DNA from: Octopus bimaculoides
Lineage: Eukaryota
NCBI RefSeq assembly: GCF_001194135.2
Contig: NC_068994.1
Span: 17,298,992-17,362,991 of the forward strand
DNA length: 64,000 nt
Reading direction: 5' to 3'
Within the stretch, counting starts at the first letter, position 1. Every line of letters begins with the position of its first letter. Of the stretch, positions 1 through 51,845 are shown in pieces. Below the pieces are notes generated by a model. The model was given only the letters and a program-made list of their open reading frames with translations. It was not told the DNA's origin and ran no database searches. The position numbers and the translations under genes were made by a program.

Positions 1-57
<57 letters not shown>
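1..57. repeat. (CA)n microsatellite; others near 1280-1340, 17443-17490, 20840-20885, 23465-23505, 41890-41920
   Basis: Direct reading. Confidence 0.95.
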
Positions 58-60
<3 letters not shown>

Positions 61-587
61 TCCCTCCCTCCCACACTGTGGTACATTTAAATACATCTAA
101 CAAAGAAGCATTGACGTGTTCATTCAACTTGCTAGAGATAGCAACCAAATTTCCCTCAGATAATGTACTTTTAGATATCCTTAAAAACAACAGAATAGTC
201 AAAACTAGAATGTCTTTCATCATGGGTATATTTCATCAGGGCTGACCTTGTACCACACAACAGTAACAATAACAACAACCATTCACAACATAATTATACA
301 ATACACTTATACCATCACATTATACCCCTCCCCCTGCACGTGCTGTTAGCAGACCAGCACACACACACACACACTGAGTACATTATAGATCAATACACAT
401 AGATACAGAGTTGACATAGACACTCGTACTGTATCTATGTTATCCTTTGCGATCATAACATGCTGTGGAGAATATTTTTCTCTCAGTCCTTCATGCAAAG
501 AGCAAGCAAATCAATAACTCTTTCCAACATACACATTCTGATTATAGTTACATGCACAAACACACACACACACACATACAATCTGGT

Positions 588-945
588 TATGTTTTATCAG
601 TCACTGGACTGTGGCCATACTGAAGCACTGGCTTGAAGGGTTTTTTTTTTTTTTAGTTGATAAACCTACCCCAGTACTTATTCTGTTGGTCTCTTTTGCT
701 AAACCACTAAGTTACAGGGATGTAAACAAACCAACACCAGTTGCCAAGTGGTGGTGGACACGGACACACACACACACACACACAAACACATACACACATG
801 TATAAACACAACAGACTTCTTTCAGTTTTTGTTTACCAAATCCACTCACAATGCTTTGGTGATGTCACAGCTTTAGGACAAGATACTTGCCAAAATGTGC
901 CACACAGTGGGACTGAACCTGGATCCATGTGGTTGGGGACATCTC
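588..945 (-). mobile_element. tRNA-headed SINE family A
   Basis: Reverse copy of the 25281 type with an internal CA microsatellite. Confidence 0.8.
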
Positions 946-1132
946 TGCCTATTATCATAAAAGTCTTACACACTTTTACATATGTTGTGAATATCATAAT
1001 GTTCATCTTGGTTATAGTCATATCCACTGGGTATGGTCATAACTGATGGTTATTGCCTTGCACATGAAATTTATCATCAAGTTTAATATCCCCATCACTT
1101 GACCCTTGGGATCCTTTGGCATAGTAGCCTAC

Positions 1133-1298
1133 TCTTTTATCTTTTACCTGTTTCAGTCATTGAACTGTGACCATGCTGGAGCACCACTTTAAAGAGTTTC
1201 ATTAAAGAAATCAACCCAGTACTTATTTTTATGAAGTCTGGTACCTATTCTGTTGGGCTACTCTGCTGTCAAGTGATGGTGATGAATAAACACACACA

Positions 1299-1344
<46 letters not shown>

Positions 1345-1425
1345 TGATGGGCTTCCTCACAGTTTCCGTTTGCCAAGTTCAGCTACATGTACGGGTCAGG
1401 CCAGGTCTATAGTAGAAAACACAAG
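1133..1425 (-). mobile_element. SINE family A, decayed
   Basis: gtttcagtcatt...ccatgctggagcacc end. Confidence 0.7.
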
Positions 1426-1439
1426 CATTTTTACCTGGT

Positions 1440-1850
1440 CTCTTGTTTCTTTTTTTCCTTTTTGGCATCAGTATTGGTGCCCTTCAGAAAGGTAATAGAT
1501 GCTAATCTTTTCCCTTTGACTAAGCCACTAAAGAAAAGTTAGCACCTGATGAAACTTTCCAGCTCCAAGGAGCAGATGTCGCTGTGATAGTGGCAGAGTA
1601 AGAAGACTGCTCGTCTGTGGGTCTAAGGTTGGAGTATGTCAGCAAATGACCACATACCAATCTGTCTTTTTATTATACATTTGGGCTGTATATTTAATTC
1701 TATGCACATCACTTCGTCTAATTGTCAGGAATAAGTACCAGATCTTCTCAGAATGATACCTGATATATATTGTCACACTATCCATGAGTAGATCTATTTG
1801 CCCTACATAGTGAAATTGCCCCCCTCCCAGCTCTTTCCCTGAAAATTGCA
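1440..1850 (-). mobile_element. Highly decayed RTE-like LINE RT fragment
   Basis: FHYVGQ (FxYLG-like), LESFIRC and TNTDA pieces in RT C-terminal order; weak. Confidence 0.35.
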
Positions 1851-1903
1851 ATACTGGAAGTTAGGGTCCAGGTTCAATTTTAAGTGATGGTAGCACTATA
1901 ATA

Positions 1904-2637
1904 TTAACCCTTTAGCTTTCAGATTACTTTGTTGTGTCTAGGGAGAGTCATTATGCCAATATTTTCAGCACACACACTGGTTCAATTCCACTCTTTTGTT
2001 ATTAGTCAATTAGTTAAATATTCAGCTATCTAATAATAATGGAATGGAATTGAACCAATGCATGTGTCTTAATAATATTAGCATAATGACTCTCCATAGA
2101 CACAACAAAATTTGTTTCAACACATACATTCACATAAACAGATACAAAAATTTCACAAACCAGATACAAAAATTTCAGATTACTATTTCAAATGTAAAGC
2201 TTATTTATTGTTGTAGAGTGAACTGACACTCTAGCACATGACTGTCAGTGGACTGGACGAGTCTTATAAATAGATGAGCCAGTAGAGAGTTGAGGTTGAA
2301 TTGTGGGAGTGTTAGTCTCATTATTGATTCTGTATTGGATTGTTATTGTGCAAACGGTTATAAGATAACTAACTATTGTTACAATGCTTATTGTTATATG
2401 GTTAAATTCGGTACTGTGATATATTGTTATACACACATACACACATATCATATATCATCACTGACAATATAACATTTATTCATACTGTTTTGAGTTAATC
2501 ATATATTATTGATGTGATTGTTTATTTTTAGAAGGACACTGTAGGGTTGGTGTGAGAGGCAGGATCTGACTGGTTTAAACATAAAACAGGGAGAATATTT
2601 GAGCCGAATACGGTTGGTTTAGATGGTAAAGGGTTAA
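1904..2637 (+). mobile_element. piggyBac-type MITE interrupted by two insertions
   Basis: TTAA-CCCTTT...AAAGGG-TTAA; the pieces rejoin into the 5631-5837 family sequence. Confidence 0.75.
2209..2474. mobile_element. Solo LTR, 266 bp
   Basis: TGTTGTA...TATAACA termini, 5-bp TSD tttat on both sides, internal tataaatag; interrupts a MITE. Confidence 0.7.
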
Positions 2638-3444
2638 GAAGTGTTTCACAGACTCACATCCTATCTTAAAAGAGATATACTTGTCAACCACCTGACTGGG
2701 AACCAGAAAGAAGTTAGTATTAAATACAACAGTCTAGGAAAAAAAAAGTATGTCAAGGGCAAAATGCCAAAACTTTATATACAAGAGAATGAGATTGTGT
2801 CATAATCATGTTTCTCAAGGCCATTAGCAACAAGCATGGAATGGATAGACTTCAAACTCTCTAGGTTTACAATTATTAATATTGTTAAAGTGGCATGCTG
2901 GCAGAATTGTTAGCATGTTGGATATAATGCTTAATGGCATTTCTTCTGGTTTTATGTACTGAGCTTGAATTTCACTGTGGTCAACTTTGCCTTTCGTCCT
3001 TGATAGTATAAGTCAAGCACTGGGGTTGATGTGATCAACTAACCTCTTCTCACTAAAATTGCTGAGCTTATGCCAAAATTTGAGGCAATTATTATAATTA
3101 TTGTTATTATTTTTTTCTTCCGTCATAGACATGTTTATTCTTGAAGTAGTAAGTGGTTGATAACTAACTCAGTTTTTGGATGTACGATGTTAATTTAGGT
3201 AATGTTTTCCATATGTAAAATTGAACTCACTATACAGAGCCAGTGAAATGCTCATCAATTTTACAGTACTTTTTCCAGTTGTCTCTATTTCAGTTTTTCT
3301 CAGATGGTATGCCTTGAAGTTAGCTATCAAATCTTAATCCCTTGGCTCGAGCAAACAAGTCATGTTCTTTGGGGATATTTTTCATTCTCACATTATGAAA
3401 AAAATCATAACAGTTCATTAGTTGACTTGGTGCATTGTCTAAAT

Positions 3445-3764
3445 TAGTGGTTGTCAACTGAGGTCCATATGACCTCTGGGAGTCCATATAAGATTTTGGG
3501 GGGATCCACACAAGCATAATAGTACATTGGATCCACAGTAGTATTTTAAGGATCTATAAAAGTGTTTTACTTTTAAAATATTTATTGCAAGAAACAGCTA
3601 GATTTATTTCTCAGTGTACACAAGGAAATGTGTGATAAAGAAGATAGAAGTTTTGAAAAAATATTTATAAAACAAGTTTCTAAACATTGAATGGCTATTG
3701 GAGTCTACCAGAAAAAAATAGTAATCAAATGGGTCCATAGATAGAAAATAGTTGAAAACCACTG
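3445..3764 (+). mobile_element. hAT (Charlie-like) MITE
   Basis: CAGTGGTTCTCAAC-type TIRs, 8-bp TSD gtctaaat. Confidence 0.9.
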
Positions 3765-4315
3765 GTCTAAATGCTTTGTTGGAAAAATTATGTCTGGCAG
3801 TGTACCTTTCTAAAGCATGTCAAATATATGTTTGTAAACTAGTCACAGGTAGATTCTCAGAGTGATACACAAGTAAGGGTTTAAATTTCATATTAGCAAT
3901 AGCATTTGCTCACACAGGAAGGGTTAGGCAATTTTTAAAGGCTTTAAAACCTGGTGTTGATTGTTCTTCCCTAGAAATAAAGTCCTAGTAGACTTCCAGA
4001 AAAGCCTTACTTCCATTAACAGCATACTCTTGTTCTTGTGTGTAGCCTCCTCCTGAAATAATGTTCTTGAGCTCCTCAGAGTAATTAATAGCAGCGAAGT
4101 AAGGTAACTCTAACCCTTTCAAACTAACTTTTACTAACTAGTAAGAAGTTTTATATTAGATCTGCCTTCCTTTCCCTGCACATTATCATGCAAACTTTTA
4201 ACTTTTGCTTAAGTGTCTAGTCTGATTGTTGAGCTACACACTTAAAAGCCACATTCCATATTAAACATCTTTTCAGAGAAACCAATGTCTACATAGTTAA
4301 CAGAATAACTGCCCA

Positions 4316-4391
4316 AATTTTGTTTTCATTGTCCTAATTGACCTAATTTTGTTTTCATTGTCCTAATTGACCTAATTTTGTTTTCGTTGTC
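4316..4391. repeat. 29-bp tandem repeat, about 2.6 units
   Basis: tgttttcattgtcctaattgacctaattt repeated. Confidence 0.9.
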
Positions 4392-4750
4392 ACATGGCTG
4401 TGTGGTAAGCTTGCTTCCCAACCACATGCTTCCTGGTTCAGTCCCACTACATGACACCTTGAGTAAGTGTCTTCTACTATAGCCTCAGGGTGACCAAAGC
4501 TTTGTAAGTGGGTTTGGTAGAGAGAAACTGAAAGAAGTCTGTTAGTGTGTATGTGTGTGTGTGTCCCCCCTCCACCACATGACAACTGGTGTTGGTGTGT
4601 TTACGTCCCCATAACTTAGAAATTCAACAAATAAGAATGATAGAATAAATACCAGACTTAAAAATAAAAAGGACTGGGGTCAATCCATTTGACTAAAAAT
4701 CCCTTGAAGTGGTGCCCCAGCAAGGCTGCAGTCTAATGACTGAAGCAATT
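4392..4750 (+). mobile_element. SINE family A
   Basis: tggctgtgtggtaag...ggttcagtccc head. Confidence 0.85.
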
Positions 4751-5230
4751 AATAAAAAATATATATTGTTCCTACTGTAGACACTGTAAATGTAGTTAAA
4801 TCCAATGGTGGTGGTGCTAGACTAGACAACACTTCAAATAGTAAAGCAGTAGGGTTTAGAGAAAGTAGTTTTTGTAATTTGTGGGTGAATGGGAGGTGGG
4901 TGCAGTCTGGAGGTAGAAATCAACATAATTTTGGGTAATAAGGATATTCCATTGGGCAGAAACATTAGCAAAGTGAACTATGTTCTTTACTGTATTCTGA
5001 GTTCAAATATTGTTAAAATCAACACATTTCTTAATTTTATTTTGTAATCCTACATGGCTTGATCAAGTACTGGATCAAATCCGGTACTTCATCATATTTG
5101 TGGCTTTATGTCAATCAAAGACGTTAACCTCCTGCATTGAAGTTTGTTTCCAAGTGATCGTTCTTCCATCTTCATTGATCTTTTCATACCAAAGTTTTCT
5201 TTAATTTTGAAACATTATTTTTCATTTCAG

Positions 5231-43223
<37,993 letters not shown>

Positions 43224-45440
43224 GTCAGTTTTTTTTCTTCCCCATAATTTCTTTGCAAATATTTCCACTAAATTTCATCTAATGTGATGGATTTTGTTCT
43301 GATTTTTTTTTTCTTTTCCCCTTTTTTTTTTCTTTTCCCCCTTTTTTTTTCTTGTTATTATTCTTCTGAGATTTTCATCTCAGAATAATGCTAAAGAAGA
43401 AATAATTATCAGTAAAAATTTGCTGTGAAGATTTCTGTGCATTTGCCATTTTCTGTATTTGTCACTTTTTGTCTGTTTGTTTTTGAAGCTGTTATAGCCA
43501 TTAGAGACAGTTCCAATTAGCATTACCAGTGTTGTCCAAAATATTGTTTTTAGATTTTTAATCGCCTCCAGAGGAAGTGTTTATTTACTAATTACATGGA
43601 TAATCTCTGTTGTCTGAAGTTTTTCAGCTCACTATATTATATATGTGATACTCTACTGTATTTGTATTTTAGTATGCAAAACACTATATCAGCCATATAT
43701 TGCTGATATTCATAACCAACATCTCTACATTCCCTCTAGTTCTATAATAATGACTCTTGGTCTTACCAACTTTGAAGAATATGCATCACTGAAGAGGTCT
43801 AGTAAGACTGAAGCATGTCTTGATTTCACTAGTTGGCTTTGAAAACAAGATCCCACTCCACTCTGTTTTCTATATCATGTAAAAGTTCCAATCAGCTGAA
43901 TCTTATTGTAGTTATTTCCCTTGTTTGACTTTAAAGTTTTCAACACTTCTACAGGGAGTTTTTATCTTACTAATTGTTTGGGTAATCACAGCTGATTGAA
44001 GCTTTTCGACTCACTGTATTACACATGTGAACCTCTACCGTATTTAGAAAGTACAAAAATTACAATTCCCAAATAAAAAAAAAAAAAANNNNNNNNNNAA
44101 AAAAAAAAAAAAAAGCAAACTCTCCTCTCTTAGCTCTTCAACATCAGATGAGTTTTCTGTAATTTCTTGCTGAACAACCTGTACATATGACTTGTTTATA
44201 GTGATCAAATGTTTATACTGTACATTAGCTCACTCCCTCCATCGAATTGATAGGTGCATAGTGTGCTACACCTCTCAAATGTCAAAGTGATCACAGATCA
44301 ATGTGAGATGAAGTGTTTTGCTTGAGAATACAATGCACTGCTCAGTCTGGGAATTGGAAGACAATGAATGCAATACCCTTTATCACTAGATCACATGCAC
44401 TCACAAAAGACATAAATAAATAAATAAAAGAATTTGAAATAGAGAGAGAGATCTAAAATTTTTCACCATGTTGATATATAATGCTGTGATTAATGATAGC
44501 CATCGCTGTATTAAAGTCTCACCCTATAAAAGCTATTTTTATATATTATTTAAGATTTAAGCCATGTATAGATTTTTGTTATTATCTCATTCACTTCACT
44601 TTTAGATGCATGTATATTAAAGATATATTTATCAAACAATAAAGTCATATATGCCATCATAGAAATCATTATAATCACTGCCTTTATCATTATTTTTCCC
44701 ATGTTGACATAAGTTGTTTGCCCAATTACATGCTATCATTCATATGTAAGGCTTAAATCACTGATCTCTGCACTTCATCCATGGTCTTCTTCAGTCTAGT
44801 TCTACTCTATGTGACTCGGGTTTTGTTTTTTTTTTTGTTGTTTTTTTAATCATCCAGTTTCCATTCAAAACTGAATATGTATACCTTGACAAGTCAGCTG
44901 CTGCATTTAAAAACCTTTCCTCTTCTGAATTTGCTTACATTCAACTTCCTCCAGACATCTAGATTGCATACTGGAGTGATCTAGTATACTGGTGCATTGA
45001 ACTATTCATACTCAACGTGTGTGTGTGCATGTGTTGTTTGCATATGTGTGTGTGTTTATAAACACACACACACACACACAGTAAAAGTCAGCAAATGAAA
45101 GTGAACTTGCCCTAATATGATGAATGGAAGATCCAACATTTCAGTCAGTCTTTCTTTGGCAAAAAGTTGACGGTAGAGACATTTAAGAGACACAGTTGAG
45201 TTTTACATCCTCTAATTTAAAGAAATTGGCTGCAATTGATGAAGAACACAGGACTGTGGAAATTTTATATGTGAACAGGAAATAGTGAGAGAGAGAAATT
45301 GAGTGAGAGAGGTAGGAGAAAGAGGAATGGAATGAGATGAAGAAACAGGCAAAGGTGAGTGTGAGGTAAAGGGAAAAGACAAGATGAGAGTGAAGTTAAT
45401 AGATAAGAACTAAGAGGAGGTGTAGGAGTAGAGGGGGGAA

Positions 45441-45688
45441 AAAACTTTCATTTAAATCTGTTCATGACATTGCACCAAATTTGAACATGAAATATTATCC
45501 CCTCCTGTTTCCTTGGGAATGTGGTTCCATGGTGTGTGGAGATTCTGCACACTGATAAGTGAGTGATGAAGTGGCCCATTGTGTTGAAGTGGGTGTCAAT
45601 CAGTTTGTCTGGCATAGTAGTATGTTTTGCATGTCCTCCTGAAAGCTATTAACAAGGCATTGATTCATTTCTTCCAATATAAAGAGCA
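45441..45688 (-). mobile_element. Penelope-like element GIY-YIG endonuclease remnant
   Basis: Frameshifted minus-strand reading ALYIG...HFNTMGHFITHLSVCRISTHHGTT...DLNESF resembles the PLE ORF C-terminus. Confidence 0.6.
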
Positions 45689-45702
45689 ATTTTTATACAC
45701 AC

Positions 45703-45830
<128 letters not shown>

Positions 45831-46586
45831 CTTTCTCTCTCTTTCCATACTCTGACCTCAGCTAAAATGCCAAAAATTAACCTTTTGGCTATAAAGAATG
45901 AGTAGTTTTTAAATTCTTAGAATTTACCCAAGTTCCTGTAAGGGTGAAATTACAAAATTTATTCAGAAACTAGCTGTCAGTCTTTACAGTTTCCTCCCAT
46001 GAACACAGAATCCTGTAACCTCAGGTAGTTATAACATGGGTGATGCCTGTGTTTGTGTTCCATTGGTTTGCTTTAAGTTTGTCACAAATACATTTCAAGG
46101 ATATCAAGTAAATGTTTCACCATTAGATATTGTTACAGTCAATAAAAGTATAACAGTAATAGTTGTAAAGGGAAAGAAAACATATGGAAATATATGATCG
46201 CTCAAAGTTTGAATCCCAGAACAAGACTTTTACAGATGAATTATGAATGGTTGAAGATGAACTAGAAATAGTAAAATTGGTGCTAACATATTTGTTGTAG
46301 TAAGCCAAGAAACAATGATTAATTAAAATTAAATTCTTACTGATGAGAACAGTTGTGATCAATAGACGAAATAAGATGACAAACTGGCAGAACTGTTAGT
46401 GTCTGAAAAAGTGCTTTGCAATATTTCTTCCAGCAAATTACATTCTGAGTTCAAATTCTGCTGAGGTTGACTTTGCCTTTCTTCCTTTACTATCAGCTGA
46501 ACACTAGACTCAATGTAATTGATTTACATCTCCCCTAAAATTGCTGACTTGTATCAAAGTTTAAAACCATTATCTATTGACTAATA

Positions 46587-46985
46587 TAGGCACAAATGTG
46601 ACTGTGTAGTAGGAAGTTTGTTTCCCAACCACAGCACCTTGGGCATATGTCTTCTACTATGGCCCTTGGCTGACCAAAGGTTTATTAGTGGATTTGGTTA
46701 ACAGAAACTGAAAAGAAAGCTTGTCATATGTGTGTGTATTTGAGAGTTAGTGTCTCCTTGCTTTGACATTGTGTGATAGTTGTAAATGAGTGTCACCATC
46801 ATGCAAGCAGTGTCGTTCATTTCCAGTATGTTGTGAAGACTCGTTTGGTCATGGAAAAATTATTACTTTAATTGGAAACAAGTGAAGGTTGGCAACAAGA
46901 AGGGCATCCCACCATTGAAGATCTGCCTCAACAAATTCTGTTCACATCATGCGAGTTAAAACAATGATGATAATGAGGATGATGT
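46587..46985 (+). mobile_element. SINE with family-A head and an alternative 3' module; reverse relative at 23220-23760
   Basis: Shared head, different body ending in a gat tail. Confidence 0.7.
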
Positions 46986-47144
46986 TGCAAGAGTGAACAA
47001 GAGTCATCAATTCATACACATTATTCTAATTAAACATTTGAACAACCATTTTTTTTTTCTGCTAAGTTAATGTAATATCTTGCTGAGAAAAAGAAGCAGA
47101 GCTATTAGAGCTTACCATGGTTTAAGTGTTGCTATATCATTATA

Positions 47145-47529
47145 GTGGAGGCGCAATGACCCAGTGGTTAGGGCAGCGGACTCGCGGTCATAGGATCGCG
47201 GTTTCGATTCCCAGACCGGGCGTTGTACGTGTTTATTGAGCGAAAACACCTAAAGCTCCACGAGGCTCCGGCAGGGGATGGTGGCGAACCCTGCTGTACT
47301 CTTTCACCACAACTTTCTCTCACTCTTTCTTCCTGTTTCTGTTGTGCCTGTAATTCAAAGGGCCAGCCTTGTCACACTGTGTCACGCTGAATATCCCCGA
47401 GAACTACGTTAAGGGTACATGTGTCTGTGGAGTGCTCAGCCACTTGCATGTTAATTTCACGAGCAGGCTGTTCCATTGATTGGATCAACTGGAGCCCTCG
47501 ACGTCATAAGCGATGGAGTGCCAACAACA
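47145..47529 (+). mobile_element. tRNA-headed SINE family C, full length; its 3' part also at 8427-8655
   Basis: 11-bp TSD atatcattata, CAA tail. Confidence 0.9.
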
Positions 47530-47819
47530 ATATCATTATAAACACAATATTTTGTCATATTTTGATTTAGCCTCCTTTGTATTCTGGAATTTTCCACACC
47601 TGTATAAGACATTTGCCTTTGTCCATTACTAGCTCTTGCCTAGAAGGCAGAATGTGTTTTCTATTCTGATTGCTTGGTAGGAAGTTAGTTAACCATGTGA
47701 CTGATATACTGTTTTTTAGGCGTCTAATTTAAGCACTAATTATGTCTAATACTGCTTAACTCTATATCAATGTTTCTTTTTAACCCATTAATTTAATGAA
47801 CTACTGCTAAACTACAGTA

Positions 47820-48290
47820 ATAATAATAATAATAATAATAATGATAACAACAGCAATAATAATAATAATTATTATCATGTACATGTTTTGTCTTGGTATA
47901 AAAGAAGGGCTACAGCAAATATTCTGCTCAATACCACAGATTTGCTTGTCAGTCGCTTGCCCTTCATCAGTTGAGTATGTCCCTTATTGGTTGACGATAT
48001 GTGCATCTCTGATTCCAAGCAGAAGCAGTGAGGGAGCCTCATAGCCATGTGTTGAGAGGAATTTCTTTGGGGTTTGGATAATTCATCTCTGGAAACATGG
48101 GTGTTTTGTGCATTCTTAAACAAACCTTATTCAGGGACCTTTTGAGGGAGATGGGCCACTTGACCTGAAGAAAATTCTAACTGGGCTCCACCTACAAGGT
48201 CATGTATTGTTTATATTGTTATGAGATCACCATGTTGCACACATATGGGTGTGATGTATGTGCCTGGTGTACCCTTATCAGATGGGTAGT
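47820..48290 (-). mobile_element. LINE-like 3' UTR with (TTA)n tail, probably the CR1-like family
   Basis: Shares gcaaatattctgctcaata...gtgttgagaggaatt with 31250-31400, 36650-36690 and 38955-39125. Confidence 0.65.
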
Positions 48291-48803
48291 CATTTGTTTG
48301 GCAGAGTTAGTAGCACTACAGCCAAAATGGTCCAGGCCTGCCTGTATGGCTAAGAAGTTTATTTTGCGATGACTTGGTTCTGGGTTTGTTTCAGACAAGT
48401 GCCTTCTATCACTGACTCAGGTCAAGCAAAAACCTTGCAAGTGAAATTTTGTAGACGGAAACATCATGGGACCATAACCCATTGTCTGGTGTAACATTAC
48501 CTCCTGGCTCTTGGGTATATTTAATGGGGTCTGTCTACTCTATTGCAAGCATTCAAGCTAGATTTCCCATCTGAAAAATAAAGCATTCTTTTAATCTCAC
48601 CAATCTTGGAGGCACTGTGGGATCATGAGCATGGCCCTTTACCCTCTGATGAAACTGGTAAAAAGAATAGTCACAATGGTGATTGTGGAGATGCTTTGCA
48701 GTATGTAGTTTCCTATCTCACTGTTCCCAGGTTAAAACTAACTGGAGTTGACTTTGTTAGTAATTAATTCAATCAGCTACATGTATTCTCTTTAAGAAAC
48801 ACC

Positions 48804-48804
<1 letters not shown>

Positions 48805-48879
<75 letters not shown>

Positions 48880-48915
48880 CTATCTATCTATTCATCCATC
48901 CATCCATTCATTCAT
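48805..48915. repeat. (ATCT)n/(ATCC)n microsatellite; compound CT-ATCT-AT at 49363-49460
   Basis: Direct reading. Confidence 0.95.
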
Positions 48916-49357
48916 CTCTCCCTCCCTCCTATCCCTCCCTTCCTATAAATGTATATATTTGAAAGAGAAATATTCATACTAGCATACTTTCTCTATCTCT
49001 CTCATTTCATCATCCAAACTGATGCACATGGATGATTCAACAGCACCAATTGATTGATTTTTTTTTTAAATTTATCTTTTTTTTAAAATTTTCTTTTGCA
49101 ATTTTCATTTGAATATCTTTCTGTTTATTCATCTTCACATTCTTATTTAGCAAGCACTGAAATATATTTTTCAAAAATTTCTTTCTTCAAATACATGTTG
49201 TTGCTTCTGTTATTATCTTTTTTTTTTCTTCTTTTTCAGCAACCTAAGTTTTTCACAAACCTGACCAAATTTATTAGCATTCAATATTTTCTGTAATATG
49301 TTGCGATAGTTTAAGTTAGAGGAATGCTCAAACATATTAGAAAGTGACTTATTCTCT

Positions 49358-49449
<92 letters not shown>

Positions 49450-49574
49450 ATATATATATAACCATAATAACCAGCAAAGCTTGCTTTATTAATTTTGCTT
49501 TTCTTCTAACAGTATTTTGTGTACATTTATGTGTGTGTTTGTATGTTTAGATAGATATATGGATTTGGATATGT

Positions 49575-49613
<39 letters not shown>

Positions 49614-50914
49614 GGACATATTGTAAAATGTATGTTGATTGGGACCTTAACTATCTCCTGATGGTTGTTTCATCAAGCTGGTTGAACAGCCAACATCCAA
49701 AACTTACAGGCCTATACAAAACGAATTTTACAATATATTCTAGTCTGTTCTCAGCATCAAGTCCCCATTAACAGTGCATGTTTGGTTGTTATTCTTAAAC
49801 TCATTTTAAAATAGTAATTTCCATTTAACACACACACATACACGTGAAATAGATGAAGGAGTTTACATTATGTTAACTTCTGAAATTGGCACAAGGCTAT
49901 AAAATTGAGTAGAGGAATCAGCCAAATGAATTGTTTGCAGTACTTGATCAGTACTTTATCTCATCAACTCCAGAAGGATGATAAGCAAAGTTGACTTTAG
50001 TGGTATTTGAACTCAGTGACTTAACTAAATACTTGTGAATCCATAAGGCTGGAGCTTAACTCAATTTCCATGGCATATAAGTGACTGAGTTTACAATGCT
50101 CTCCTTAAAGGATATGTCAGTTTGTCACATAGTTAACTTCCCAGCTATTACTGGAACTCATTTACAGCTGAGAGGACTGGAGCAACATGAAATGATGAGT
50201 TTTGCTAAAGAACGCAATGCACTGCCCAGTCCAGGAATCAAAACCATGATCTCATGGTTGTAAGAGTGACACCCTAACTCCTACACCATTCACCTTCACT
50301 AACTAAATATTGTAAGAGATTTTATCCATCACTCTACCACTTCTGCCAACACCACTGTCCTCATGTTATATTAGTGTACTAGTGTACATTTATTATTTTT
50401 TTTCCATATATTGATATGGAAAGTTTCCTTAAAATTGGACGTTTCTCACATGGAGTTGTTTCAAGGATCTCCCCAACACCTTGATTTAAAACTAGAACCA
50501 CCATTCCAGCAACTAAACTGAAACAAAGATAAACAACATAATCAAGTTGTTAGGGAGCGGGCCTTGTTGCCAATAAAGATCAATGGTGCATATTGTATTA
50601 GTAGTACTTTTATTGAATTTTTGACCAAGATACTGAAATTTCTGTGCTTCAGTCCACTAGTTATAAACACGTACCACAAGCACATATAGTTTGTCCCTGC
50701 AAACAATGCAAACAAGCTAAAATTGACAAGAGTATTGTCAGACACAAGAAACTACTTTGGAATGTATCTGCTAAAAAAACAAATTGTTTCATTTGCTTGG
50801 TTATATTATTTATTAGAAAATAGATATTAGCAACAGGAGTAGTATTAATACCAAATGGTAATCATTATATCTTACTTATTGTGGATGTATTATTAGAACA
50901 TTGCATTAATGCAA

Positions 50915-51018
50915 TATTCACCTTGAGAGATCCTCTCATACAGAGTTACATATTGTCTAGCAGATGTCTGTACTTTTAGTACCATGTCTCTATCTGAGAG
51001 GATCTCTCAAGCTGAATA
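50915..51018. repeat. Small inverted repeat, about 24-bp arms
   Basis: tattcaccttgagagatcctctca / tgagaggatctctcaagctgaata. Confidence 0.7.
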
Positions 51019-51845
51019 CCACAGTAATATGATGTCATAACGGATTCAAATTTTGGCATAAGGCCAGTATTTTCAGGGGAGGGAGTAAGTTGATTACATT
51101 GATACATTGACCCCAATGCTCAACTGGTACTTATTTTATCGAACCTGAACGGATGAAAAGCAAAGTCGACCATGGTGGAATTTGAACTCAGAATATAAAG
51201 ACGGATGAAATGCTACTAAGCATTTTGCCCGGTGCATTAACAATTCTGCCAGCTCATTGCCTTACAATGTTCTAATAGTACATTCACAATGGGCCACATT
51301 CAAGCTAGTTTGGCTACAACTGCTGCCATTATCTAAAAGCAAATCTAAAACCAAAATTGATTCGAGTCTACATTTAAAATGTTTCATGTATTGGAAGCTT
51401 GTAGAAGACTTTCTAACTCAAATTTTAATCAGCTAAGACCTTACTTAAGCCTGTTGGTCCAATGCTTTAGTGTGAGATTTGCATTGTTGTTTGAAATAAA
51501 TGTAGAAAAGTCTTTATGAAACTAACAGTTCTTTAACATCTGTATAATTCCTTTGCATTTTTGCCATCTGAATTGCTCTGTAGATAATAAGTTGTCAATA
51601 TTAACCACTGCTTCATATCTGCTTTCAACATTAAAAGCACTTTACTTTTATTTTAATCCTCATCATCATCATCCTCCCTCCCTCCTCCTCCTCCTCGTAT
51701 TTTTCACCGTTTTTTACTTCCATTTTACATTGATTGCTTACAGAAACCCCTTATTCTTCTCACCTGTTTCCCACCTTCATTTTTTTTATTTTTGTTTTTT
51801 TTTTGTCTTATACTTTTTTTTTCGTTTCCACACCTGACCTGACAG

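Noticed and set aside
1525-1597. Possible upstream exon ATKEKLAPDETF...
   Set aside because: Weak acceptor, not coil-like, and it overlaps a probable antisense LINE remnant
3279-3306. cag/ATG/gtatgc micro-exon candidates
   Set aside because: A phase-2 join to 5231 would create TGA; no other support
49240-49296. Strong acceptor followed by QPKFFTNL...stop
   Set aside because: No frame-preserving donor and adjacent to microsatellites; cannot be supported without RNA data
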